Source: the human T2T-CHM13v2.0 reference genome, Homo sapiens
Strand: one strand, 5' to 3'
DNA: 64,000 bases
NCBI RefSeq assembly: GCF_009914755.1
Contig: NC_060930.1
Each line of letters opens with the position of its first letter. The first letter of the stretch is position 1. Positions 13,761 through 27,579 of this stretch are shown piece by piece. A program made the position numbers and the translations under genes. The notes under the pieces are model-generated. The model ran no database searches. It saw only the letters and a program-made list of their open reading frames with translations, and was not told the DNA's origin.

Positions 13761-16700
13761 CAGTTTTTGTTGTTCTTCTTATCGTGCCATTGGGCTATAT
13801 GACATTTTTTGGAAAGGGCCAAACTCTCAGGTCTTAGATCTAGGCCTATTCCCTAACTCTAACTTCAGGTCACTTGATTTTTAAGGAAGGTTGAGAAAGG
13901 AACAGATTTATTTTGGTGAAAGTGCTTCATAAATTATAAAATGCTTCGAATGACAGCAGTCTTTTAATGGAAAAAATTTGTTAGATGTGCAGAACTTCAG
14001 ATATAAAAGCAATAGATGGTATTGTACAGCAGTTAGGACTACAGTTGATGATCAATAATGACCGATTTGGATAAGAACATATTCAAGATTCTCATGTGTT
14101 TTATGGATTTGGACTGAAATCAAGAAGCTTCTTCCTCTGAGGAGAGCATCTCGTGGGTTCTTGGGCTCTTTTTCTTAAAGCAGTGGTTTCACTTTCCAGT
14201 TTGGTCCTCAAGCCATATGTCACCTATGGGCAGCAGCTCTCCTTTCAGATAAGCAGTCTACAAGCTGATATTTTTGGCAGAAAACCACCTTCTGGGTAAT
14301 AGGTCTGGTATCTGGAGGATTCCTGTTTCTGCTGTCGTTCGCTGACCTCACCTCTCTTCTGTGACTAAGTCTGTATTCACCGCTGAAGTGCATGCTTCTT
14401 GGGGAGAAATTGTGGGTACTTCCGGTTCCCCCTGTGACTTTGTGACTTAAGCAGCAGAAGCATTTCATACCATGGGTACATGCTCCTTCCCATTACCTCC
14501 CTACTGACAGGTGCTGTCAGAGTTAGAAAGTTCTGGAAGCTCCTCAAAACATAGACTTAAAATAATAATTATAATTAATAATAGCAATTAACTTCCATCA
14601 CAGGTTGAGTCACCTATAAGAGATTGCATGGTTAAGTTTCTTTTAAAGTCACCTCTTAACATTTCCTTACTTACTCAGCCTCACTCATCTTAAAAGGTAA
14701 GTCGCATTTAAAAGAAAATATTCTTAACTTGCGATAAGAGCAGAGAGAAGTTTTCCTGTCTTATATTTAATGCATGTAGATGACTGGTATTCACGAAGTT
14801 AATTTTTTCTTTAAGCCACAAAGAAAAAAAGTGGTGCATGTTTTCTAAAGAAGACCGGTATCTGTAATTGTGTCAATACTGATATTTTTGCTTTTAAATT
14901 CCTTCAATATTCAAAACGGTAGCTTATCTCTATGAAATGTTTCCTTTTTCCCTGTCCAATAACACATGGGTGGGAAGTTCAAACCTTTGTACTTTTTCTT
15001 TGAAGCAATTGCCCTAAGCCGGGAAAAGCTCTTTCATCAGCAAGAATTTTGAGTATTTTCTCTTTCCTCCTGATCAAGTTTAAGGTGTGTGCTCATAAAC
15101 AAGATACGCAACTGTCAATAATCATCTTTTCAGCAAATAGAGCCAAAGTTAATTTATTAAACCCGGCAAGCTGCTCTCCTAGTTTTCTTCCCCCTGTGAC
15201 ATACTGTCCAATTATTTCACATTCTTGTAGTGTAAAATAAACACATTGAGTCTGTTGAGATACTGCTGTGGTTATTTATTTTTCAAAATTTAATAAGGAG
15301 GAGGATGACCTTTCCTCTTTGGACAGGAAACAAAATCAGACCTAACAGTGATACATTATCAATTTTCACAACCATGAAAATATTCCAGAAAACAAGCAGT
15401 TTTCTGTGCACTCAGGTGACTGCAAGCTGGCCAGTGAAGCCAGAAAGCCCAAATGCCTTCTAGATCTCAATTAACTACCCACTTACTTGAAAGGTTTTAT
15501 TGACTATAATTTTGATAACGATGCATAATTATATCAACTTTCTTTCCTCATCGAATTCTACTACAAATCCCGGGCCGAAAGGGGCACATGAGTCTGTTCT
15601 TGATGAACAGACAGAAAAAAAGAAGACAGAAAAAAAGAACTTGAAGAGTCTGAAAACAGGTTTAGCTGAGGCATGTGCCATGGTAAATTTGCTTTGTGAA
15701 ACTAAGCCAAATACGTTTATTTTCCTACATCTGCATTTCTCATAATGTCGCAGGTAACATAAACAGGTTCTCTCACCCAACACTGTAATAACGATGGAAA
15801 TCAATGATAAAGTTAAAGACAACTACATCTGCATATACATACCAAACGAACAAACAAAAATCTGTCAGCAATCTTGGGGGTAACATGAGGCTTCTGGATT
15901 CTTCTTTCCTATTTCTCTACTTGCATTCTTGGCTTTGGCGTAAGTAGAAGAGCTTTCATAGCCAGAGGCAGAACACTGGTGTGTGTGAGTCAGTCAAGGG
16001 CAGCAACGTTTGAAGATTCAGATGCATAACGATATTTATAATTGAAAAAAATCTATATTTCATACAGATATTGCAAATTCCGTGGCAAAAGGGAGAAAGC
16101 AGTTAAACAAGCAGGGAGACAACATACAGCTCTCCTCTGAGAGTTGAAAGAAAAAAATATTTTTTAGGATCAATCCTCAATAACCTCCAATTTTCATCTT
16201 TACAGATTGTTAGCTTGAATCACAGTTGTTGTTTAAAGAGGACGGATGTTGGGGAGAGGAATGGTTACTGATTCCCAGATTTTTTAAAAATGCAATGCAA
16301 GGAGAATTCTGAGGAGGGAAGCACAATGTCTGGATTCACTATTTTCCCCTCTCCGGGTGGTGGCTTGATGATGAGAAGATACAACCCTGTCATCATCACT
16401 CTCTTCTTAGGACTTGCAGCAGAAAGCACTCTTCTCATTGTAAGCAAGCTTCATGAAAATTAGCCTGGAAGAAAGAAGACTGGCAAGATATCGGCCATAC
16501 TGTTGAAATTGAACCCTGGGAAACAAAGATATGTACATACCAAAGTCAAACTTTTACTAGGAAGGTTTGGATTGTCAAGGCTCAGGTGTGATATTTCAGT
16601 CTTGGTCCTATTTACTTAGGATGCAATTCAGAAGGTTAAAGTTGGCCCTGGGAGATCCAATAAAAAATATACCTGAGTCCAAATTAATCTAGATCTACAA

Positions 16701-18079
16701 TTATTACTTTTAATTCATTACTATTATGGATATATATATATGTTAGGAATTAGCAGCAGAGTGAATCAGTATGATATTTTAAGGATTATGCTTTTATGCT
16801 TTTAAATTTTAGATAATACATTTCCTAATATTAATTTTAAAACACTCTCTTTGCCATGCTGTTAAGAATTCTACTTTTTTTTTTTTCATTTTTATCTTCC
16901 TAACTTCTTATTGTGACATTGTTGGCCAGATCCTAAATAATTTTAGATACAAGCAAAAGTTTCCTTGTATGAGTGAATAGAATGCTAAGTCTCTTTGGAA
17001 GTATATTTATACATTTTATTGTAAAGTTTAATTTTGATTGTGCATTTGTGTTTGTGCTTTAGATTTCAGGATTATGGTAGCTTTCCTACCCAAGTATTGG
17101 CTGAAACAGCCAATACCCTTCTTTAAAAAATTTCTGTAAACAGGTTTCTACACATTGCTAACATGAATAAACAACTTTCCTTCTACCTCCAAGTTCGTCA
17201 TTTCGTCTGGCAGTCATTGAAAATTACCATATGTTGGGGGTTGACACCGAGACAAAATATTCAGACTGTTAGGCCCTACGGTTCACCTTTTCCTACAGGG
17301 TGTTTTTTGTTTGTTCCTTTCTCTCCTTGTTGTCTTTTTTTTTTTCTTGGATAAAGCATTCAAGAAATCCTTGATGTGGGACAAAATTTTATTGTGGTTA
17401 AGACTTACTCTTTCCAAGATGAAACAGCCAATAAAGATCCACCAGAATGCATTCAGGCAGGCAGCAACAATGTCTTCCAGCTCCCTAGCAGGCAAGTCAT
17501 CTGTGGTCTACTTCCCTCCTCTCTGTTTACTGAAAGACAACAGTCAGTGGGAAAAGCACTGCTCCAGCTTTCAATTCTGTTAGAACAGGGTCTTTTCTCC
17601 CACGATGGCTTCTTGGCCTTCTGAGTGAAATGTCCAGTGAGCTGGCTTGGCACATTTCAGTGGAGGATTTGGCACTTAGAAGAGAATAGCTCAGCTGTCA
17701 TTTCTTAGTGAAATATAAATAATTCCAGAGAGAAGCAGAAGAAAAAATTAACAGTCCATTCTGAGTCTTTGTCATGAGGGTTCCACAGGGCCAATTTTTT
17801 TTAACATGTCCTCTGAGATACTGGCCTAGCAAGGCCCTCCTTCCTAGTTAAACCAGATGCCAACCAAGATGGAAAGCGTCCCTGGAAAGAGAGCTGTTTC
17901 TTTCCACTTCATTCCCCAGCCTTTTTTCCTGATGGGATTTCAAGAAGGTTAGTATCCTGAAGATGCAGACAGAAGCAAGCTGGTCAAGAATGCTCCAGGA
18001 ATCCCAGGGACCTCAGATCAACTGTCCTAAGGCAAGAAGGCCCTCACAGGAAAGACTCTCATACTAAATACTGTAGATT

Positions 18080-18460
18080 CCTGGAGACTTTTGGATGCAA
18101 ATGACAGAAACCTAAATCAATCCAGCTTAAGCCAAAATAACAAGAGCAAACAGAAGAAGAATGTTTTGGAAGTCTACACGTGATTGTACCCTCGGATTTG
18201 AAGGCGGTCTTCAGCAGTGTATGCCTCTATTCTCCTGTATTCACAGGCAGGTCCCCAGCAACCCTGAGCCGACATAGATCTCCGAACTTGTGATCTCAAA
18301 GAAAGAAGGACCATCTCTTCCAATAGCTCTGGCAAGGGCCAAGAAAGGGCTCTGATTAGGCTGGTCTGAATCATATGTCCATGCCTAAATCAATCTTAGT
18401 GGCCAGCAAGCTGGGTGGCCAGAATTGAATCAAGTGTTCATTCCTAAGGCTAGTGGGGAC
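18080..18460 (-). mobile_element. Old MaLR LTR (MLT1J/K/L-like)
   Basis: 'ttggatgcaaatgacagaaacctaaatcaatccagcttaagc' and 'ctctgattaggctggtctgaatcatatgtccatgcctaaatcaatc'. Confidence 0.6.
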
Positions 18461-19092
18461 TTAGGGATCACTTGGACTGAAAAGTATCATTGAAGATTCA
18501 GGGAGAGTTTGTTTTCTAAGGCAATATCTATCAGACACACAAGAAAAAATATGTCCTCTGCATATGTGGAAACACCTTGATGAGGCATTAATTGAAAGAG
18601 ACCCAAAGTGTCTTGGTGCTCCAAGAAGTAGAGCATCCCACAGGAAGCTTGCATAAATCTTAATGTCAATTGGAAAGTGGAGCTGGGGATTAGATTTTAA
18701 ACACACTCCATTTCAAGCAATTTCACTGCACTTTTACTGGGTGATCTGGTCCTGAGTGACACTGTGGACTCGGTTATATTTGGGTTTGGGGTTTTTATCT
18801 CTTATTTTTGTGGTCCTGTTTTCTTTTCCTTTCTAACACTGTCCATGAGAGCACTTACACTTCCCAAGCCATTTGACCCTGATGTCCCACAGCTAAACAA
18901 TGGCATGAACATTCTACCCCTCACTCTCTCCCAAAATGACCTACCCTATGCTTTAAACCCGAAAGACCTTCAGGGAAATCAATGACTAATATCAACTAAA
19001 ATGAGCATTATTTGTAACAAGGTAAGATACTACTGACATTTTAAGAATAATCAGACCTCAATCTTATGGCTTCCAAACTTTGGAATTTGTAC

Positions 19093-19155
19093 AGGAGAGA
19101 GAAAGAAAGGGCTGGGGGTGGGGAGAGAGAGAGAGAAAGAGAACAAGAGGAAGAA

Positions 19156-19187
<32 letters not shown>

Positions 19188-19288
19188 AAAGGGAGGAGGA
19201 GGATCAGGGTAGCAGTGCTGGCTTCAGAGATGCTGAGGAAGGAAAGGGAGGAGAGGAAGAAAAAAGGAGGGAAGATTAAGGAAAAAAT
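19093..19288 (+). repeat. GA-rich polypurine low-complexity tract
   Basis: (GA)n, (GAA)n and (GGA)n runs. Confidence 0.9.
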
Positions 19289-19759
19289 TGGGGTTTTTTA
19301 ACCATTTTATTTTGCCAAGTTAAGGACCTTAAAAAGCCACAACAAAACTACCATTTAATACCATGAATGCATTATAAAAGAGAAGATATTTTAATACCAA
19401 AATATTTGAAAAGGGTTTAGTTTCATATTACAAGAAACTCTCTTAAATTAAAAAAATTACATCGTGTTTTGAAAACTCACTGAAATGTCCTAAATTAGCC
19501 AGAGATCATTTAATGCTTTATCCAAAGCAGCACTTGCTAAAGATGAGTATTTGGGTACCATAGCCTTACCCCAGAGAGATTAATGATGGAAGTTGTGGGG
19601 CCATGGCTCATCAGTGGGAGAATTTTATGCCACTGTGCCCTTGTACCTGGAGATATAGGTTCCTCTATCTATAAAGGCATGACCTTGGTTCCAGGCCACA
19701 GATTCTGGTAGAACTTACACACATCTGAATCATCATCCCTAACGGAGACCTTTCAGCAC

Positions 19760-19890
19760 TCAGCACAGCCTACATTTTACATAGAAGGGAAAACCAAGAT
19801 GCAAGAGGTAAAGAAATTTGGCTAATATCACATTCTGTACGTAAATAGCATAGCCAAGACAGAACTTTTACAAATCAGGACTCGGTTGGC
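19760..19890 (-). mobile_element. MIR fragment
   Basis: 'cattttacatagaagggaaaaccaagatgcaagaggtaaagaaatttggctaatatcaca'. Confidence 0.55.
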
Positions 19891-22192
19891 ACTCGGACTG
19901 AAGGCAGAGAGTCCGCCTCTGAAGACTGAACATGCCCCTGGGTAAGCCCAAGTGTCAGGTGGGCAGAGACGGCCATAGGTGATGTGAAGGAGTCCCAGCC
20001 AGCTGGCAGTACACTTCTGCAAAAGGGAATGATGTTGAGGGAGAGAGTTCCAGCCTGGCCATCAGGGTGTTGTGCCTGGGATGTGGAGCTGTGAAAAGGA
20101 CCCAGACCCATATTGTGGGCTTGGCAGTGTTCAGGCAGTTTTCATGAGGTCCAGGGAAGACCCTACTCCCAGAAACATTGTATTACTGAGCCAGTTATCA
20201 AGACAGGGGCTCCCTGGAAGAAAGGTCAGGGCCCAAGATTCTAGAAATGACATGTAAGATGAGCAAGAGCAAGATGGACTTTATCGGCTTCAGAATATCA
20301 GCACCTGTGGACAAGACAAGCTAATTGTGATATGAAAATTAGAATGTTAGCAGTGGAAGGAATGTTCCACATTGTAAACATGAGAACTGAAGGGAAGAAA
20401 TGTGTAGGATTTTTTTCCCAGTAAAATGGCTGTTGTCTTTAATGTTTTCTTGTCCTTTGAGCTGCATTGCTGACACATATTAACCACAGTGTAAGAAAGT
20501 CACATTTGGATGCAAATGTGACCATGGAAGCAATATTAAAAGTAAAAGAAAAGATTTTGGTGAAACCATGGAGAAAGACATAGACTGGCTCTCAGGAGAA
20601 CTGGAAATTAGCTGAATGCAGAGGGGCAGGGCTTTGTTGAAGCACTCATTAAAAAATCTCAGCATTAAGCCTGGGCAGAGGAAGAAGAATAATTGGAACT
20701 GAGGAAGCTTGAAATCCAGATGGTGTCAGTCAAGATGGAGGTTTAGCCTTTGCAGCTCCTCAACAGATTTGAAATCTAGTAGAACCATGAAACCCTGCCA
20801 AGTCAACTAAGAGACACTAAGAGCAAATTAGGCCTAAAATATAATCTGGGGCCTGAGTTTTGGATTAGGATTAATAAGACTTTTTTAGAGACTCAAGAGA
20901 CCAAAAGAGAAAGCTCAGACTGAGTCCCAAGGAAATCATAGAATGACGCAGAGGTCATAATCCCTACCAAGATGAAAAACAGCAGGGAAAGACTAAAATT
21001 CCTCAGTGTTTAAGACTGTCAGAAGTTCGTACCTGAGGATTAACCTCCCATTGCAATAAAATTTAGTTATGTCATTTCTAAACTGATTAATTTCAGCTTG
21101 GAGTGAGTGGGATCAGAAACTGTGGCTCTGCCCACTTACTTCCCCTGTAACATAGCAGCCCCCTGGATATGGGAAATCTTTGGTGAATGTATCAGCAATT
21201 GAAACAAATGAAATATCTCTGGGACATTAATCATTAAACTTTCATATCTGTTATGACAAAAACAATACTCTGAGCACAGGCATTACTGGAAATTCATGAA
21301 ATGAACCCTCTTTTTTGGGTCAGTGTTTACTACAGTACTGATTGTTTCAGAAAGAAAACTTTATGAAAGGAAATCAAGAGCATTTCTCCAACTCCACGAG
21401 CCCTGCAATAACAGGAAACAAAACTTCTATTTCTGTAGTTTTCCAGATAAGAACTGAATAGTGGATTTTTTTTGAAGACATGTGGCAAGTACTGTTTAAG
21501 ACATATAAATTAATGTCTATTGCACAGGCTTGGCTGGGTGACTCACATTGCGGCTTCTATTTCTGGTGGGGGAGACTCAGATACATTTGTCATGACTCCA
21601 GTAAGTGGTAAAAAATGACAAATTGGCAGAGAAGAAGTTGTTGCTAACAATGTGGCCATTTCAGCCTTGGTCATTCAATGGGACCACTCTGCCCCAAGAA
21701 CATTCTAGGCTGACTGTGAAGCACAGCAAAGCCTAACTAGTTACTATGCAGTTGAAGCCAATTTCTAGTGGCCTCCTAAGACTCCTACAGTTCAGATGCT
21801 CTCCAAGAGTAGACAAAACAATGGAAAGACATGCCAGAGTGTGCAAAGAATGAGGAAACATTTTCATGTTTCCATGTGCATTTTCTTGTTCATGCTTTCT
21901 GTTCACTGGAAACACAAGATGTAAGCAGAGATATTGGCAAAGAATGATGGGGCATTCCAATATTGAGACAATGGTATGAATGAATATTCATAATAAAGGT
22001 CAGATGCTTGGAGGTTGAAGCAAAATCAGGTGAAGAGTTGCCAGTGACTGTTTACAGTCTTGAGATCTTCATGCCTCCAGCATGAGACCTCATGAGAGAT
22101 CCTGAGACCTCCAGGCTCCCCTCAATGAGATCTTCCATGGAAACTAGCACTCAGTCGCCTTAAAAGGGATCTTTCTTTGAATATGCAAAGAA

Positions 22193-22262
22193 GTGGTTTA
22201 CTCAGTTAGTTCAGAACATATTTGCTAATTACAAATTATATACTTCAAGTACAATAGCTAGC
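22193..22262 (+). mobile_element. Degenerate tRNA-Ile-like head (possible MamSINE1 relic)
   Basis: 'ggtttactcagttagttcagaacatatttgctaattac' resembles tRNA-Ile(AAT) GGTTAGCTCAGTTGGTTAGAGCGTGGTGCTAATAAC. Confidence 0.35.
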
Positions 22263-22492
22263 TGGTCTATTACAATATACTTCCCCAAAGTTTTCACAAG
22301 TCACGTTGTAATAGCAAACATAATTAGGGAGGTATGTGTGTTTCATTTTAAAGTTTATCCTCTTCAGCAGCTCCGAAAAGGACAGGAAAGTTAGGTCAGA
22401 AATCCAGGAGGCCATTTAAGACACAAATCTCTCAAAACACACCGTCTGAGCACATGCTGATATGGAAATATGTACATTGAGAGATTCTTTAA

Positions 22493-22829
<337 letters not shown>

Positions 22830-23049
22830 AATGCAAAGGTTCTTTTATGGTCAAGGTTTTCAGCTTTTTAATCATGACACTGGATTATTGGCTTCCTTGT
22901 TTGCTAAGACATTATTGATGTCATTCCTTGTTGACATGACTCAGAGAAAAGAATTTTTAATATTTGATTATGTCAACAATTGTGAAACATTACTGAGAGC
23001 ATCAAAGTAGAAGAGGGTGAGATGAGTACCTTTGTTGAATGTCTTATTG

Positions 23050-23795
<746 letters not shown>

Positions 23796-23978
23796 AGTTG
23801 ATGAAAATACAAAAAGAGAATGCCCTTAGGCTTCATTAATTTAGTCACAGTCATGTGAGAATTTATGCTTATGGTAAACAGAGCATTGGTTAAAGATAAA
23901 CAATTGAAATATTTTTGTTTAAGATAAAATGAAGGCAGAAGGCATCCTTAAAATGCTAATAAATGCTGAGAATTTAAA

Positions 23979-24132
23979 AAGATCTACTAGGAGTGTGCCA
24001 GTCTTCCCGATGTCCCGCTCCCTCAGTGGGGGATGTTCCTCCCGCGTTCCTCCCACATAGATGCAGTTGGAAGGAACATCTCTCTCCAAGAGACTAGACA
24101 TTGGGAAGACTGGCACACTCCTAGCAGATCTT
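23979..24132. repeat. Inverted duplication of the L1 5' terminus
   Basis: 23979-24014 is the reverse complement of 24097-24132 at 34/36; weaker homology continues inward. Confidence 0.9.
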
Positions 24133-25915
24133 CAGAGGGAAGGCATTGAGAACAGTTGGAGGGAAGACACAGAAGCTGGGCTGGAGAGGGAGGAAGCTGA
24201 GAACCCCACACAGAGCTGCCATGCACTGGGACTATTCCTAGCCCCCAACAATTCCTGCGGAGGGGGTGAGTTAACTGGCAAGGAGCAACCAGCTTTCACC
24301 ACAGGCCTCTTGAATCCCTACTGGAGGAGACCCCTCAACCACCACAGACTCTTGAGTTGGCAGGGAAAGCTGCTTAGAGAAGTTGTAAGGGCAGAACTCC
24401 AGCCATGGTGGAGCCCACAGTATTTGGTAGTGGAGGACGTCCAGAGATGCCTGCCCCACTAGGCTTGACTTGCTCCTGTAGGAGACTTTAACCCTAGGAA
24501 AACTGTCTGCTCTGTGTGCTGCAGGGCGATCTTGCCCATGAGAAGAAGCCAGTCTGATCTGAGCACCCCTCAGTCTGCTGGTGTCTTCTGGAGCCCCAGC
24601 CTGGCCATGCCTGCTTGCAATGCAGCCCCCAGATACCTCCTGGGGTCCCACATCATAGTTCCTGCCCTGGTGGACTGTGTCCCCGACCAGCAGAGTACTC
24701 CAGTAGAGTGGCCCCAGTGGACAGGAACCAGCCTACCTGCGCCCCGCCCCCACTGCAGCCTCCTTCATGCCACCTTGCCTACAGACACTCGCCCAAGGCC
24801 ACCCCCTATATTGCTTTCCCAGCACACATGTGTGGGTGGCCCTACCTTTCCCTTCCCTGCCAGTGTGTGGGTGCATGTGCACCCTGCCAAGCCACTGCTG
24901 CAAGTGCGAATGCACCCCGCCCTCCTTCCTCTCGCCATACCACCATTGTCATGGGCACATTGGCAGTCATGGAGCCCTCTAGCCCCACCCTTGCCAGCAC
25001 TTCACTCTGCGCTGGAGCTGCTAGTGGGAAATCAGGCAAGGAGAACAGTGGACCTGCCCCCAGCCCAGAGTGGCCACTACCACTCATGTGAATGAGCACA
25101 AAGGGTGCACACAGTCCTACACCCACCAGCACCCTGCCCTTGTGCTAACACCACCACTGCACTGATGTGAATGTGTGCACAGTTGCTGGGGGGGTCCCCA
25201 CTCCCCCTGAGCCTTATTGCCACCACTACTGTTGGGAAGGCCCACGTGGAGGCCAGCACCCTGGCCCTGGGTAGCCCCCTGCTGCAGCCAACAAGCATGC
25301 AAGCACGCACCCTGTGACACTGCCACTACCACTGCTGCTGGCACATGTAAACAAGAATGGATCCTGCTGCCACCGCCTTACAAAGTGCTTTAGCTGGCAC
25401 CACCCATCAGAATGTTGTGACCAGCAGTCCAAGAGCACCTTAGCCCCTCCAGCACAGCAGGTTCCTAACCTTGAGGAGCCAGAGATCAAATCCAGGGCCT
25501 AATACCAGGCTCCCAGAGTTAGAGCATGCAGTACAGGAGTCCTGAGCTGAGCCTTGATCCCCTAATATCTTCCAGTAAGGAAGCCAGTCAACTGAATCCA
25601 CCTTACACCACAAACTCCAAGATCATCAAATAGGATTTTAAAAAACCCAGAAAACTCATCCAAAGTTGAGCAACTTCAAGGACTGAAGAAATATCAGCCC
25701 AGAAAGATGAGAAAGAATCAGTGCTAGAACTCTGACAACTTAAAAAGTCACCATATCTTCTTTCCTCCAAACAACTGCACTAGTTCTTCAGCAAGTTTTC
25801 TTAACTGGGCTGAGATGGCTGAAATGACAGAAACAGAACTCAGATTATGGACAGGAATGAAAATCACTGAGATTCAGGAGAATGTTGAAATTCAATCCAA
25901 GGAAGTTAAAAATCA

Positions 25916-26225
<310 letters not shown>

Positions 26226-27399
26226 GAATCACAGTAAAACCACACAGAAGCTAACAGACAAAATAGCCAACATAGAAAAATATGTAACTGACCCCTTAAA
26301 GAGCTGAAAAACACTCTACAAGAATTTCAAAATACAATTGCAAATATTAACAGCAGAATAGACCAAGCTGAGGAAAGAATCTCAGAGCTTGAAGACTGGC
26401 TTTCTGGAATAAGGCAGTCAGACAAGAATTTTCAAGAAAAGAATGAAAAAGAATGAACAAAACCTTCGAGAATTTCAAGAATTATGGAATTATGTAAAGA
26501 GACTGAATCTGTGCTTACTGATGTCCCTGAAAGAGATGGGGAGAATGGAAGAAACTTGGAAAACATGTTTCAGGATGTCGTCCATGAGAACTTCCCCAAC
26601 CTAGCTACAGAGGCCAAACTTAAAATTCAGGAAATGCAGACAACCCAAGCAAAATACTTCATGAGAAGGTCACCCCCAAGACTCATAATTATAAGATTCT
26701 CCAAGGTCTAAATGCAAGAAAAAAATGTTAAAAGCAGCTAGAGAGAAAGGACAGGTCACCTACAAACGGAAGCTCATTAGACTAACAGCAGACCTCTCAG
26801 CAGAAACCCTGCAGACCAAAAGAGATTAGGGGCCTATATCCAAAATTCTTTAAAAACAGAAACTCCAACCAAGAATTCTATATCCGGCCAAACTAAGCTT
26901 CATAAGCAAAAAAGAAATAAGATCCTTTTCAGACAAGCAAATGCTGAGGGAATTTGTTACCACTAGACTTGCCTGAGAAGAGCTCTTAAAGAAGCACAAA
27001 ATGTGGAAAGGAAAGACTATTACTAGCCACTACAAAAACACACTTAAGCACACAGACCAGTGACACTATAAAGCAACCACACAAACAACTCAGCATAATA
27101 AACAGCTAAAATCACAATGACAGGATCAAATCTGCACATATCAATACTAACCTTGAATGCAAATAGGCTAAATGCCCCATTTAAAAGGCACAGTGTAGCA
27201 AGCTGGATAAAGAATAAAAACCCAATGGTATACTTTCTTCAAGAGACCCATCGCACGTGCAATGAGGCCTATAGGCTCAAAATAAAGGGATAGAGAAAAA
27301 TCTACCAAGCAAATGGAAAACTGAAAAGAGCAGGGGTTGCCATCCTAATTTCAGACAAAACAGGCTTAAACCAACAAAGAACAAAAAAGACAAAGAAAG

Positions 27400-27495
27400 G
27401 GCCAGGTGTGGTGGCTCACACCTGGCCAAGGCGAGCAGATCACAAGGTCAGGAGATCGAGACCATACTGGCTAACAGGGTAAAACCCTGTCTCCA

Positions 27496-27533
<38 letters not shown>
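27400..27533 (+). mobile_element. AluY/Sc-type left monomer only, inserted in L1 ORF2
   Basis: Left arm with ~20-nt deletion, ending in A36 at the linker position; L1 resumes at 'aagggcactacataatgg'. Confidence 0.9.

Positions 27534-27579
<46 letters not shown>
27498..27579 (+). repeat. Compound microsatellite A36-(TA)n-(GA)n
   Basis: Seen directly. Confidence 0.95.

Noticed and set aside
13610-13837. 75-aa ORF with a hydrophobic transmembrane-like segment
   Set aside because: Starts at TTG, overlaps a MIR relic, and the hydrophobicity follows from T-rich DNA.
24514-25095. 193-aa ORF and overlapping ORFs in a GC-rich stretch
   Set aside because: Lies within the L1 5'UTR; non-ATG start; Pro/Ala-rich stop-poor composition; no recognisable protein.
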